A stretch of DNA of 64,000 nt from a bacterium (lineage in GTDB: Bacteria > UBP6 > UBA1177). This document shows, piece after piece, positions 18,703 through 27,828 of this stretch (the first letter of the stretch is position 1; the number at the start of each line of letters is the position of its first letter). Made by a program: the position numbers and the translations under genes. The DNA lies in assembly GCA_017961325.1 (NCBI GenBank), contig JAGCXM010000005.1, positions 16,052 to 80,051 on the forward strand. Reading direction: 5' to 3'. The notes beneath the pieces were generated by a model. The model ran no database searches, had not been told where the DNA came from, and was given only the letters and a program-made list of their open reading frames with translations.

Positions 18703-20211
18703 ATGAACAGTGACAACAAACAGATACTTTCGTTTTTGGTTTTTGCTTTCGTCGTTCTCCTGCTTGTCTTGATCGTAATCTTTTCCGGTAAAAACAGGGA
18801 ATCCGCAGAAAAAACTTTACCTGCACCATCCCAGGAAAAAACGAAACCAGCCGTAGAGACGTTCCATGAAACGTCTCTACAACATCAAACAGCCGCGGAA
18901 ATGAAGGAAAACGAGGAGACCGTAGGCGAAACAATACCTGAATCGGCTCCTGCGCCTCAGAAAGAAAGCGAAGACATTGAATCTGCCGAAATTGCAGGCG
19001 GAGTCGATGTCGAAGTTGCGAAGGACAAGGATTCTACCGTCGATCAGGAAGGCTTTCTTCACGGCAAAATCCTGCCGAAAAAGGGAATGGAAGAGGCGCT
19101 GCTCAAAGTTCCCGGACTTCAGCTCAAGCACGCGATGGAAATAAGCAACGCTATAAGATACGACGTCGATCTGACGCAGATAAAAGCCGGCGAGGATTTC
19201 AAAGTTAAATTTGACAAGGACGGAAACGTCGAAGAGTTCGTTTACTATCCAGATATCGTAACTTTCCATGTTTTAAAGCGCGATCCAACCGAAAAAAAGC
19301 TGAAATACACCGCAAAAATTCTGCCGACCGAGCGCAGATTCAGGATAATCGAAGGAACCATCGACTCAACTCTCAACGAATCGCTTGTCAGGAGGGAGGA
19401 CGTCACCCGGAATATCCGCGCCGTCACGGTCGGAATTCTCGAATGTATCGTCAGTTTCAGTACCGATGCGAGAAAGGGGGACGAATACAGGATTCTTGTC
19501 GAAGACAGATACTATAAAGGTGAAATGGTGCCTGGTTCGAAGGTGCTTTATGCTTCATACCGCGGAAAGCAGGCCGGTTTCAGTGAGGCTTTCCGTTACG
19601 AGGACGAAGATCCGAAATCGGCTTTCAACGCTCACTATACGGACAAAGGAAAGGCGCTTATTCCGAGCGCGATGAGGCTTCCGCTGGATACGATACGCAT
19701 CACGAGTCCGTTCGGCGTCCGCCGTCATCCGATAACCGGAAAAATGACGCAGCATCACGGCGTTGATTACGGCGCCCCTGTCGGGACGCCAGTTTATGCC
19801 GTTGCTCCCGGCAAGGTAATCGAAGTCAAGCAGACTCCGCTCGGCGGCAAGCAGGTGACGATAAATCATGCGGACAATACGAAAACCTACTATCTTCACC
19901 TGAACAGCTTCAATGTCAGTGTCGGAACGGCGGTTTCGGCGCGTCAGAGAATCGCTTCGGTCGGTAACACCGGAAGAAGCACCGGCCCGCATCTGCATTT
20001 CGGCATAAAAAGTCCGCAGGGAAGCTGGCTGAATCCTCTTAAAATCAAGATGATCGCGACTCCCCAGCTCGATGCAAAAAGGATGCCGCGTTTCAAAACC
20101 CAGATGAAGGAGATTGTTACTCTTCTCGACAACACGGCACAGTATCAGGAGTGGATAAAAAAATACGACGAAGGGCCGCAGCCCGGTGATTTTTATAAGC
20201 AGTACAATTAA
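18703..20211 (+). CDS. membrane-anchored M23 family peptidoglycan endopeptidase (MepM-like)
   Basis: N-terminal TM; ITSPFGVRRHPI, HHGVDY, STGPHLHF zinc motifs. Confidence 0.92.
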   Translation: MNSDNKQILSFLVFAFVVLLLVLIVIFSGKNRESAEKTLPAPSQEKTKPAVETFHETSLQHQTAAEMKENEETVGETIPESAPAPQKESEDIESAEIAGGVDVEVAKDKDSTVDQEGFLHGKILPKKGMEEALLKVPGLQLKHAMEISNAIRYDVDLTQIKAGEDFKVKFDKDGNVEEFVYYPDIVTFHVLKRDPTEKKLKYTAKILPTERRFRIIEGTIDSTLNESLVRREDVTRNIRAVTVGILECIVSFSTDARKGDEYRILVEDRYYKGEMVPGSKVLYASYRGKQAGFSEAFRYEDEDPKSAFNAHYTDKGKALIPSAMRLPLDTIRITSPFGVRRHPITGKMTQHHGVDYGAPVGTPVYAVAPGKVIEVKQTPLGGKQVTINHADNTKTYYLHLNSFNVSVGTAVSARQRIASVGNTGRSTGPHLHFGIKSPQGSWLNPLKIKMIATPQLDAKRMPRFKTQMKEIVTLLDNTAQYQEWIKKYDEGPQPGDFYKQYN

Positions 20212-21137
20212 AGAAGAATATCTATCTTGCTTTCGCTGCGTTTCTTTTTGATCCAGGTCTGGAACATTTTTTCGACGTTTTGCTGATAGTAGATGTTTTT
20301 CAGCATTTCATAAGCTTCGCTGTATGTCGGCGGATCGTGTTTTTCGGCTTTTTCAAGCATGACGATATGCCATCCGTAACGCGTTCTGAAAGGTTCGCTG
20401 ACTTCGCCTTCCTTCATTACAGCAAGTCTTTCTGAAAATTCCGGAACCATGTCGTGTGCCGAAAAAGTTCCCAAAGAACCGCCGTTGGGAGCCGAACCGT
20501 CCTGCGAATAGGTTTTTGCCGCCTTTGCGAATGTCATTTTTCCGCTTGTGACTTCTTTGTAAATTGCAGTTACGGCATCTTTGACTTCGGCATCTTTGCT
20601 CTCGTCTGACTGGAGAATGATGTGGGAAGCCGTGAAATAAAGTTCCGGTTCGCGGCTGAACTCTTTTTCGTAAATGTCGTGCAAAGCCCTTTCGTCCACA
20701 TCCATTGTGACGATTATCTTTTTTTTCAGTTTCAGAAGCAGAAGCTGCTCGCGCAGAACCTCGTTGCGGTAGGTGTCAAACGACATCCGGTTCTTTGCAA
20801 GTTCACTGTTGAACTGTTCGCGCGTCATTTTATTCTGCGCAAGAACCGACTGCACGGCAGATTCGAGCTCTTCGTCCGTAACCTGAATGTCCAGATTTTT
20901 CGCTTCCTGCTTCGCGATTGCGTTGTTTATCAGCTGGTCGATCAGTTTGTCCTTCCTAGAAAGTACAGCCTGAGTGCTGACGCTTTCGGGATCGTCGAAA
21001 CGCAGCAGTTTTTTGCAGTCGTAAATAGTGTAAACTTTTCCGTTTACGCGGACAACGGTTTTGTTGACAAGCTGTTCTTCTGCAAATAAAGAGAAAAAAG
21101 ATAATAAAATAAATAAGATGACGAATCTGAATTTCAT
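20208..21137 (-). CDS. surA: SurA-like periplasmic chaperone/parvulin PPIase
   Basis: Signal peptide; SurA N-domain; ASHIIL, YSQDGSAPNGGSLG, MVPEF, TRYGWHI. Confidence 0.85.
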   Translation of the reverse strand: MKFRFVILFILLSFFSLFAEEQLVNKTVVRVNGKVYTIYDCKKLLRFDDPESVSTQAVLSRKDKLIDQLINNAIAKQEAKNLDIQVTDEELESAVQSVLAQNKMTREQFNSELAKNRMSFDTYRNEVLREQLLLLKLKKKIIVTMDVDERALHDIYEKEFSREPELYFTASHIILQSDESKDAEVKDAVTAIYKEVTSGKMTFAKAAKTYSQDGSAPNGGSLGTFSAHDMVPEFSERLAVMKEGEVSEPFRTRYGWHIVMLEKAEKHDPPTYSEAYEMLKNIYYQQNVEKMFQTWIKKKRSESKIDILL

Positions 21138-21141
21138 GAAG

Positions 21142-22248
21142 CTACTGTTTTTTCTCTTTCGGTTTAAGTTGAAGTTTTATGCTGTTTTCGTCATTTTTAA
21201 GTTCTTTCTGCTGTTGTTTCAGCTGTTCGAGCTGCTCTTTCGTAAGCAGGGGTTTCTGGAGCTTTCTCGCCTGCTGCTGATTTTTGTCAAAACTTTCGGA
21301 AGCGTCCTTTGCCTGCTGCGAAACCGAGAACTCTATGGCCATAGCCGAATCCTTGTCGAATTTGTAGCCGAGTTCCTTTTTGATTTCCTCAACGGTGTTT
21401 TCATAACCGCTTTTTCTCTTTTCGGTTTTGAGTGTGTTTTCGATGGAGTTCTTAACATCTTCAAAAGTTTTTTCGACTTTGTCTTTTTTGCCGGTCAGTT
21501 TGATGATGTGGAAGCCGAATTGCGATTCAACCGGATCGCTGATGTCGCCGACTTCTTTAAGAGCGAAAGCGCCGTCACTGAACTCTTTGACCATTTTGCC
21601 TCCTTCTTCGGTTCTTTCAAAGTAACCGAGGTCGCCGCCTCTTTTCTTGGAACCTTCGTCTTCGCTGTATTTTTCGGCAAGTTTAGCGAAACTTCCCATG
21701 TCTTTTGCCGATTTTCTTGCCTCTTCAGCAACTTTTTCAGCAAGTTTTTTAGCAGCTTCCTTGTCCTTATTTTCGTCTACCTTGATAAGAATGTGGCTTG
21801 CTTTGACCTTTTCCGGCGTGTTGAAGGTATCTTTCTTCTCTTCGTAGTATTTTTTCATTTCGTCTTCGGTAATCTTGAGGGATTCTTCGATTTTGACTTT
21901 CAGTTTCGTGCCGCTGTAGTATCTCGCAATCGTGTTTTTGAGCTGGGAAAGAAGTACAGGATCATCAAGCGCGCCGTCGAGAATCGCTTTTCTTGCGATA
22001 AGTTCGCCTTCGATGATTTTTGTAATAAGCTCTTCCTTTCTTTCCGGCGTATTGTAACGGCTTTTAAGATAATCGTTGAGATTGTCGATATAGTTTTTGA
22101 TGTATTTGTCGCTGAGACGGACTCCGCCGAACTCTGCAATCGTTTTGCTGCCGCCGTCATTCGGATAAAGCACGTTCGCGGATTTTTCGCAAGAACATGA
22201 AATACACATAAGAATTGTGCCGAGCACAACTAAAAGCATTTTTTTCAT
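21142..22248 (-). CDS. PrsA/PpiC-type peptidylprolyl isomerase lipoprotein
   Basis: GGAGG RBS; lipobox CISC; KASHILI, YSED.GSKKRGGDLG, MVKEF, SQFGFHII. Confidence 0.9.
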   Translation of the reverse strand: MKKMLLVVLGTILMCISCSCEKSANVLYPNDGGSKTIAEFGGVRLSDKYIKNYIDNLNDYLKSRYNTPERKEELITKIIEGELIARKAILDGALDDPVLLSQLKNTIARYYSGTKLKVKIEESLKITEDEMKKYYEEKKDTFNTPEKVKASHILIKVDENKDKEAAKKLAEKVAEEARKSAKDMGSFAKLAEKYSEDEGSKKRGGDLGYFERTEEGGKMVKEFSDGAFALKEVGDISDPVESQFGFHIIKLTGKKDKVEKTFEDVKNSIENTLKTEKRKSGYENTVEEIKKELGYKFDKDSAMAIEFSVSQQAKDASESFDKNQQQARKLQKPLLTKEQLEQLKQQQKELKNDENSIKLQLKPKEKKQ

Positions 22249-22420
22249 AACTTCCTCCAATATAAAATTAACAACTTTCCGAATCCGGAAAAAACGCAGT
22301 ATTAAAACCAAATATTGATTTAAGTCAAGAGCAGCTTTGCTTCCCGACTTTCATTTTTGTTGATTTTTTATGGTTTTTGCGTAGAATTTTCCGTCTTTTG
22401 TGATGATAAAGGGGGCTTTT

Positions 22421-24079
22421 ATGAAAATTGTTCGTTTTTTGGTCGTTTCAGTTATTTTGGCGGCTTGTTTTCTTTTATCTTCCTGCAGCGGCTGCAGTAA
22501 GGAAAAATTCTCCTGCTTGAATTGCCCGATCGGTACGACATGCGATATTGAAAAGAAAATGTGTATCGAAGAGATATCCAATAATGAAAACGGAGATGAC
22601 TCTACTGAAAGTTGGACGGATGGCGACTGTAATCCAGGCGAAATACAGGTTTGTGACTATAACGGTCCGGACGGAACGGAAGGCGTCGGTCCGTGCAGAG
22701 CGCCGATAAGAATCTGCAAGGAAGACGGAACCTGGGGAATATGCGAAGACGGATACGAACCTGTTCATGAAAGGGGCGAAGAACTCTGCGCCAACGGAAT
22801 CGACGACGACTGCAACGGAGTCGTTGATGACGGTGTTGATATTGACGGCGACGGCTACGGTGAATGTGCCGACTGCTGTGAATCAGAGTTCGTCTGTAAA
22901 GGTTTCGATCCTTCGATGATACATCCCGGAGCTTACGAAATGATCGGTGATGAAATTGACAACAACTGCGACGGACAGATCGATGAACCTACTTCGTGCG
23001 ACGCTGAGGAAGAACCGCTTGCAGTCGGTGATTATAAAGGAAATGCGGTAAAACTTGCCCGCGCGATTGGAATCTGCGGAGACCAGCTTGTTTCGGCAGA
23101 GATTTCGCTTGCTGGAAAACCGGTAGTGGAACACATCGCCGATGATTTTTGCGTATCCGAGATAATAAACAATCCCGACATATTGGAATCGAGAAAAATG
23201 GATGAACTGGAGAAACATAAATTCGACAGAATGAGCCGGGGTATGCCGTATTACAACGATGAATACCAGACTTTTGCAGCTGAGCCGGGATTCGGCACAA
23301 AAATTGTTCCGCTTGAAGGTTCAAAGATAGCAATCCTTTCGACAGGTCACTGGAAAAATCCGACAAAAGATGTCGATTGCGCGACACTTGAACAGGGTGA
23401 TATGAAAACCGCGAGTACGGTTCCCGAAGACTGGATAAATATGATGCCTGACTGTACGATTCCGAAATCGCCTTCGTGCGGCGGAACGGTTGTTGAAGAC
23501 GGTCTCAAGAATCAGTGTGACGGAAAGGATATCCCGTCGGTTCAGGATCCTGTCATGCTCACGCTTAAAGTAAAAGTTCCGGAAAATGCGCGTGCTTTTG
23601 AGTTCAACCTATTCTTCTTTTCGAAAGAATACCCGGGAACGGTTTGCGACGATAGAAAGTTCAACGACTTTTTTGTTGCACTGCTTGATTCGGAATACAA
23701 TGAAAATCCTGATGACGAATTCAGGAATCCTTACGACAAAAACCTCGCAAAAGACGAAAAAGGCAATTTCGTAGGTGTCGATCTTGCTCCGGACGGGCTT
23801 TTTCAGGTGTGTGACCCGGACGACGAAAAATCGGAATATGCATCCAGCTGCGTACAGGGCAAGGAGCTTCTTCTTGGAACACATTTCAAAGGCGGTACCG
23901 GCTGGCTCACGACCCGCGGAAATGTAATTGAGGGTGAAATTATCACTTTGAGATTCGCAATCTGGGAATACGGAACGGTCACTTACGGTCCGGACCATTC
24001 ATTCGATTCTACGGTTCTTCTTGACGGCTTCAGGTGGCTGCCCAAACCTGCAAAAGCAGGAACATCCGGCCGGCAGTAG
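22421..24079 (+). CDS. choice-of-anchor L-like surface lipoprotein with MopE-type Cys/Asp repeats, paralog 1
   Basis: Lipobox LSSC; ELCANGIDDDCNG repeats; FFSKEYP..C...FNDFFVALLDS, GGTGWLTTRG, FDSTVLLDGFRW. Confidence 0.8.
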   Translation: MKIVRFLVVSVILAACFLLSSCSGCSKEKFSCLNCPIGTTCDIEKKMCIEEISNNENGDDSTESWTDGDCNPGEIQVCDYNGPDGTEGVGPCRAPIRICKEDGTWGICEDGYEPVHERGEELCANGIDDDCNGVVDDGVDIDGDGYGECADCCESEFVCKGFDPSMIHPGAYEMIGDEIDNNCDGQIDEPTSCDAEEEPLAVGDYKGNAVKLARAIGICGDQLVSAEISLAGKPVVEHIADDFCVSEIINNPDILESRKMDELEKHKFDRMSRGMPYYNDEYQTFAAEPGFGTKIVPLEGSKIAILSTGHWKNPTKDVDCATLEQGDMKTASTVPEDWINMMPDCTIPKSPSCGGTVVEDGLKNQCDGKDIPSVQDPVMLTLKVKVPENARAFEFNLFFFSKEYPGTVCDDRKFNDFFVALLDSEYNENPDDEFRNPYDKNLAKDEKGNFVGVDLAPDGLFQVCDPDDEKSEYASSCVQGKELLLGTHFKGGTGWLTTRGNVIEGEIITLRFAIWEYGTVTYGPDHSFDSTVLLDGFRWLPKPAKAGTSGRQ

Positions 24080-24128
24080 TCAGAATGACATTCGATGATT
24101 AGTAAGATATTTTGTTTCGGAGGCTAAG

Positions 24129-25871
24129 ATGAAGTATTGGCATTTATTTCTTGTTTTGTTTGTCTGTGCCTTTTGTTTTGTTTCGTGCGGCGGCGAAGAA
24201 TCTTCTGCTCCAGCAGCAGGAAAAGTTTGTTCGTCAAACAATGATTGCCCGATAGGTTACTCTTGCGACACTCAGACAGGAAACTGCTATCAGGGCAGCA
24301 GCAATCAGAGTGATTCCGGAGATTCAGGAAACGGAGGCAGCTCTGACTCAGGCTCCGGTGACAATTCCGATTCAGGCTCCGGTGACAATTCCGATTCAGG
24401 TGACGGCGGTGATTCAGGCAGGCAGGACGGTGACGAAGATCCGATAACCGGAAAATGCGAACCCGGCAAAAAGCAGACCTGCGGCTATGAAGGCCCTGAC
24501 GGAACAGAAAATGTCGGCCCGTGCAAGGCAGCTGTAAGAACCTGCAAAGAAGACGGAACATGGGGAAAATGCGAAGACGGATACGAGCCTGTTACCGAAA
24601 TAGGCGAACTCTGCGGCAACGGAATCGATGATGACTGCAACGGCGTTGTCGACGACGGAACCGATATTGACGGCGACGGTCACGGTGCATGCACAGACTG
24701 CTGCGAATCGGCTTCAAATTGCAACGGTTACGATCCTGCAACGATACATCCCGGTGCTTATGAAATGATGGGTGATGAAATTGACAACAACTGCAACGGC
24801 GAAGTAGATGAAGCCACTTCATGCGACGGCGAAGATTCGCCCCTTGTACTTGATGATTACGCAGGCAACGCGGTAAAACTCGCCCACGCAATGGGAATCT
24901 GCGGCGACCAGCTTGTTTCTGCCGAAATTTCGCTCGCGGGACCCGCCGCAACTGAACAAATTGCGGATGAACAATGCGTAAGCATAGGAACCGGAAACAG
25001 AGGTCCACGACAAAGTCTTCCCTTGCCGTATTACACCAGCGAATATCAGACTTTTGCAGCAGAACCGAAATTCGGGAACAATGTTCTTCCGAAAGAAGGT
25101 TCGAAAATGGCGATTCTCTCAACCGGGGCTTGGAATCATCCGACACAGAATGCAACTTGCGCAAAACTTGATTACGGTGACATGAAAACGGCAAGCAAAA
25201 TTCCCGAAGACTGGATAAACATGATGAAAGACTGCGTAGTTCCGAAATCACCGACATGCAATGACAATAAACCTATCGAAACAGGTCTTTCCAATCAGTG
25301 TGTAGGAAAAGAGATTCCCACGGTTCAAGATCCGATCATGCTCACACTCAAAGTGAAAGCGCCGATGAACGCAAGAGCATTTGAGTTCAATCTTTTCTTT
25401 TTTTCGGCTGAATATCCGAACATGGTGTGCAATGACCTTAATTATAATGATTTCTTCATTGCGTTACTTGATTCAGAAAATAATGAGAAATATCCTAATG
25501 ACGAGCAGAATCCCTATGACAAAAATCTGGCAATAAATGAAAACGGTAACTTTGTCGGAGTTGATCTTGCTCCTGACGGGCTTTTTACGGTTTGCGGCAC
25601 AAACGGAAGCTATTCTTCATTCTGTAAAGACGGAACAACACTGCTTGCCGGAACTGGTTTCGACAATCTTCCACGTTATAACGGGGGCGGAACGAACTGG
25701 CTCACGACACGCGGAAACGTCGTTCCAGGCGAAATCATAACGTTGAGACTTGCGCTTTGGGAACAGGGAGAAGTTAATTACGGTTCGGATCATTCTTATG
25801 ATTCTACGGTTCTTCTCGACGGCTTCAGATGGCTTCCGAATCCTGCAAAAGCGGGAACAGGTCAGCAGTAA
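24129..25871 (+). CDS. choice-of-anchor L-like surface lipoprotein, paralog 2
   Basis: GGAGG RBS; lipobox FVSC; same architecture as paralog 1. Confidence 0.8.
   Translation: MKYWHLFLVLFVCAFCFVSCGGEESSAPAAGKVCSSNNDCPIGYSCDTQTGNCYQGSSNQSDSGDSGNGGSSDSGSGDNSDSGSGDNSDSGDGGDSGRQDGDEDPITGKCEPGKKQTCGYEGPDGTENVGPCKAAVRTCKEDGTWGKCEDGYEPVTEIGELCGNGIDDDCNGVVDDGTDIDGDGHGACTDCCESASNCNGYDPATIHPGAYEMMGDEIDNNCNGEVDEATSCDGEDSPLVLDDYAGNAVKLAHAMGICGDQLVSAEISLAGPAATEQIADEQCVSIGTGNRGPRQSLPLPYYTSEYQTFAAEPKFGNNVLPKEGSKMAILSTGAWNHPTQNATCAKLDYGDMKTASKIPEDWINMMKDCVVPKSPTCNDNKPIETGLSNQCVGKEIPTVQDPIMLTLKVKAPMNARAFEFNLFFFSAEYPNMVCNDLNYNDFFIALLDSENNEKYPNDEQNPYDKNLAINENGNFVGVDLAPDGLFTVCGTNGSYSSFCKDGTTLLAGTGFDNLPRYNGGGTNWLTTRGNVVPGEIITLRLALWEQGEVNYGSDHSYDSTVLLDGFRWLPNPAKAGTGQQ
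24348..24400 (+). repeat. 24-bp exact tandem duplication (SGSGDNSD x2)
   Basis: tcaggctccggtgacaattccgat occurs twice, plus a partial third copy. Confidence 0.9.
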
Positions 25872-25947
25872 TAAAAAAGCAACCCTCTTGATTCTCTGAC
25901 AAAAATTCATAAAATATACTGTTTTTATTCGTTATTTGGAGGCTGAT

Positions 25948-27489
25948 ATGAAATCTGTGCGTTTACTCCTTATTCTGTCGCTTTGTGCGTTTTCTTTCGT
26001 TTCGTGCATGGAAGATGACGACGAATTTGAATCGTCTGCACCGCAGCGATGTGAATCAAATTACGACTGCCGGCTCGGTTGGGTATGCGACACAACACAA
26101 AAAATCTGCGTTAACGATACAGACAATTCTGAAGAAGGCGGCAATTCTGATGAAAGTGATTCCGGAGATAAGGGAAATTCCGGCGAAAACGGCGGAGAAG
26201 ACGGCGGTGAAAGTGGGGGCGACGGCGGAAATTCAGGTCAGCAGACCGGTGACGGTGATCCGATAACCGGAAACTGCGAACCGGGTAAAACGCAGACCTG
26301 CGGCTATGAAGGCCCGGACGGAACTGAAGGCATCGGTCCGTGCAAGGCGGCTGTAAGAACCTGTCAGGATGACGGAACTTGGGGAAAATGCGAAGGCGGA
26401 TACGAGCCCGTTTCAGAAATAGGAGAACTCTGCGGCAACGGAATCGATGATGACTGTAACGGTATAATTGATGATGGCACGGATTTTGACGGTGACGGTC
26501 ACGGTGCATGTACCGACTGCTGTGAGACGACGAAACAATGCCCAGATCCGAAGTCGGCATATGATAACAGTATTCCTGACCATCTCTGCGAATACGGAGA
26601 AGAAATGGTATACGGTTGTGATACCAATATCAATGTTTCATCAAATGAACCGATTGATTATGCAAAAGCAATCGGTATCTGTAAGACGACGACCGAAGAT
26701 TCTGATGAATGGGGACTTATCAGGGCGACAATATCTGCTCCGAACGGCAGTGCAACAGTTCATGCCGGCAGCAACGGTCTGCTTGCCAAACTTGGTAATG
26801 TCATAAAACCTAAAGCCGGCAGTCTTATGCTCGGACTTAGTTCAGGGACGGTTTCAGATCCTTTCGTCTCAAATTATTCGGGTGCGACAAGCGGTGCCCC
26901 GTCTGACTGGCTGGCAGCAAACGGCGGTCAATTCCCTTCGGCAGCTTCGTGTTCTTCATCCGGCAGAACAGGATCAGTAAATGATGCCGTAATGCTCGAA
27001 ATGAGGATAAGGGTTCCGAAAACGGCGAAATCGTTCAGTTTCAACATCTATTTTTTGACCATAGAATATCCAAGTTGGATATGCTCAAAGTATAATGATT
27101 TCTTTATTGCACTGCTTGATTCAGGCTACACAAGCAGCGACCCGACTTTGCAGAATCCTGCCGACAAAAATTTGGCAATGGATGAAAAAGGAAATCCTGT
27201 CGGAGTAAACCTCGCTGCCGGCGGTCTTTTTACGCAATGCTCTTCGGTTTACGCGTATCCCGCTACACAGGAATCGTGTGTCGGAACGGAAGAACTGAAG
27301 GGAACAGGATTTGACTCAAACGGCGGAACCGGCTGGCTCACGACGCGCGGAAACGTTGTCGGAGGCGAAATCATTACTCTGAGACTTGCTATCTGGGATC
27401 TCGGAGATCATGCTCTGGATTCACTTGTCTTGATAGATAATTTCAAATGGGATGTCGTAGAATACACACCCGGAACCGGACAATACTAA
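25948..27489 (+). CDS. choice-of-anchor L-like surface lipoprotein, paralog 3
   Basis: Own promoter TTGATT-N16-TAAAAT (25888-25915); GGAGG RBS; lipobox FVSC; EYPSWICSKYNDFFIALLDS, GGTGWLTTRG, LDSLVLIDNFKW. Confidence 0.8.
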   Translation: MKSVRLLLILSLCAFSFVSCMEDDDEFESSAPQRCESNYDCRLGWVCDTTQKICVNDTDNSEEGGNSDESDSGDKGNSGENGGEDGGESGGDGGNSGQQTGDGDPITGNCEPGKTQTCGYEGPDGTEGIGPCKAAVRTCQDDGTWGKCEGGYEPVSEIGELCGNGIDDDCNGIIDDGTDFDGDGHGACTDCCETTKQCPDPKSAYDNSIPDHLCEYGEEMVYGCDTNINVSSNEPIDYAKAIGICKTTTEDSDEWGLIRATISAPNGSATVHAGSNGLLAKLGNVIKPKAGSLMLGLSSGTVSDPFVSNYSGATSGAPSDWLAANGGQFPSAASCSSSGRTGSVNDAVMLEMRIRVPKTAKSFSFNIYFLTIEYPSWICSKYNDFFIALLDSGYTSSDPTLQNPADKNLAMDEKGNPVGVNLAAGGLFTQCSSVYAYPATQESCVGTEELKGTGFDSNGGTGWLTTRGNVVGGEIITLRLAIWDLGDHALDSLVLIDNFKWDVVEYTPGTGQY

Positions 27490-27588
27490 ATATTACCTAA
27501 AAAAAATTGCATTTTATCTAAAATTTATAAAATGATGCGCTTGTGTCATGTTGAAAAGTTTTCTAACTTGATTTTTTTGGAGGATGTT

Positions 27589-27828
27589 ATGAGAGAATTT
27601 GTTGAATTTATTGTGAAGAGAATTGTCGATTCACCGGACTCAGTCGATGTCAGCTACATCGAAGGCAAAAGCACGGCGATAATCGAACTCAGAGTCGCTT
27701 CCGAAGATGTCGGTAAAATCATCGGAAAAAGCGGTCGTACCGCAAACGCGCTCCGTACGCTCGTCAGCGCGGTTGCAAGCCGTCAGAATCAGAAAGTCGT
27801 ATTGGAAATCATAGAAGAGAACAAGTAA
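27589..27828 (+). CDS. khpA: KH domain RNA-binding protein KhpA
   Basis: IVDSPDSVDV, ELRVASEDVGKIIGKSGRTANALRT, LEI. Confidence 0.93.
   Translation: MREFVEFIVKRIVDSPDSVDVSYIEGKSTAIIELRVASEDVGKIIGKSGRTANALRTLVSAVASRQNQKVVLEIIEENK

Noticed and set aside
20208-20211. Convergent genes sharing a TTAA stop overlap
   Set aside because: Common in compact genomes; no further signal.
21061-22200. 379-aa plus-strand ORF antisense to the PPIase gene
   Set aside because: Phe-rich mirror of a Lys/Glu-rich gene with no motifs; an expected shadow ORF.
17946-24400. Short direct repeats (30-bp at 17946, 24-bp at 24348) as possible CRISPR arrays
   Set aside because: In-frame tandem coding repeats without unique spacers; no cas genes.
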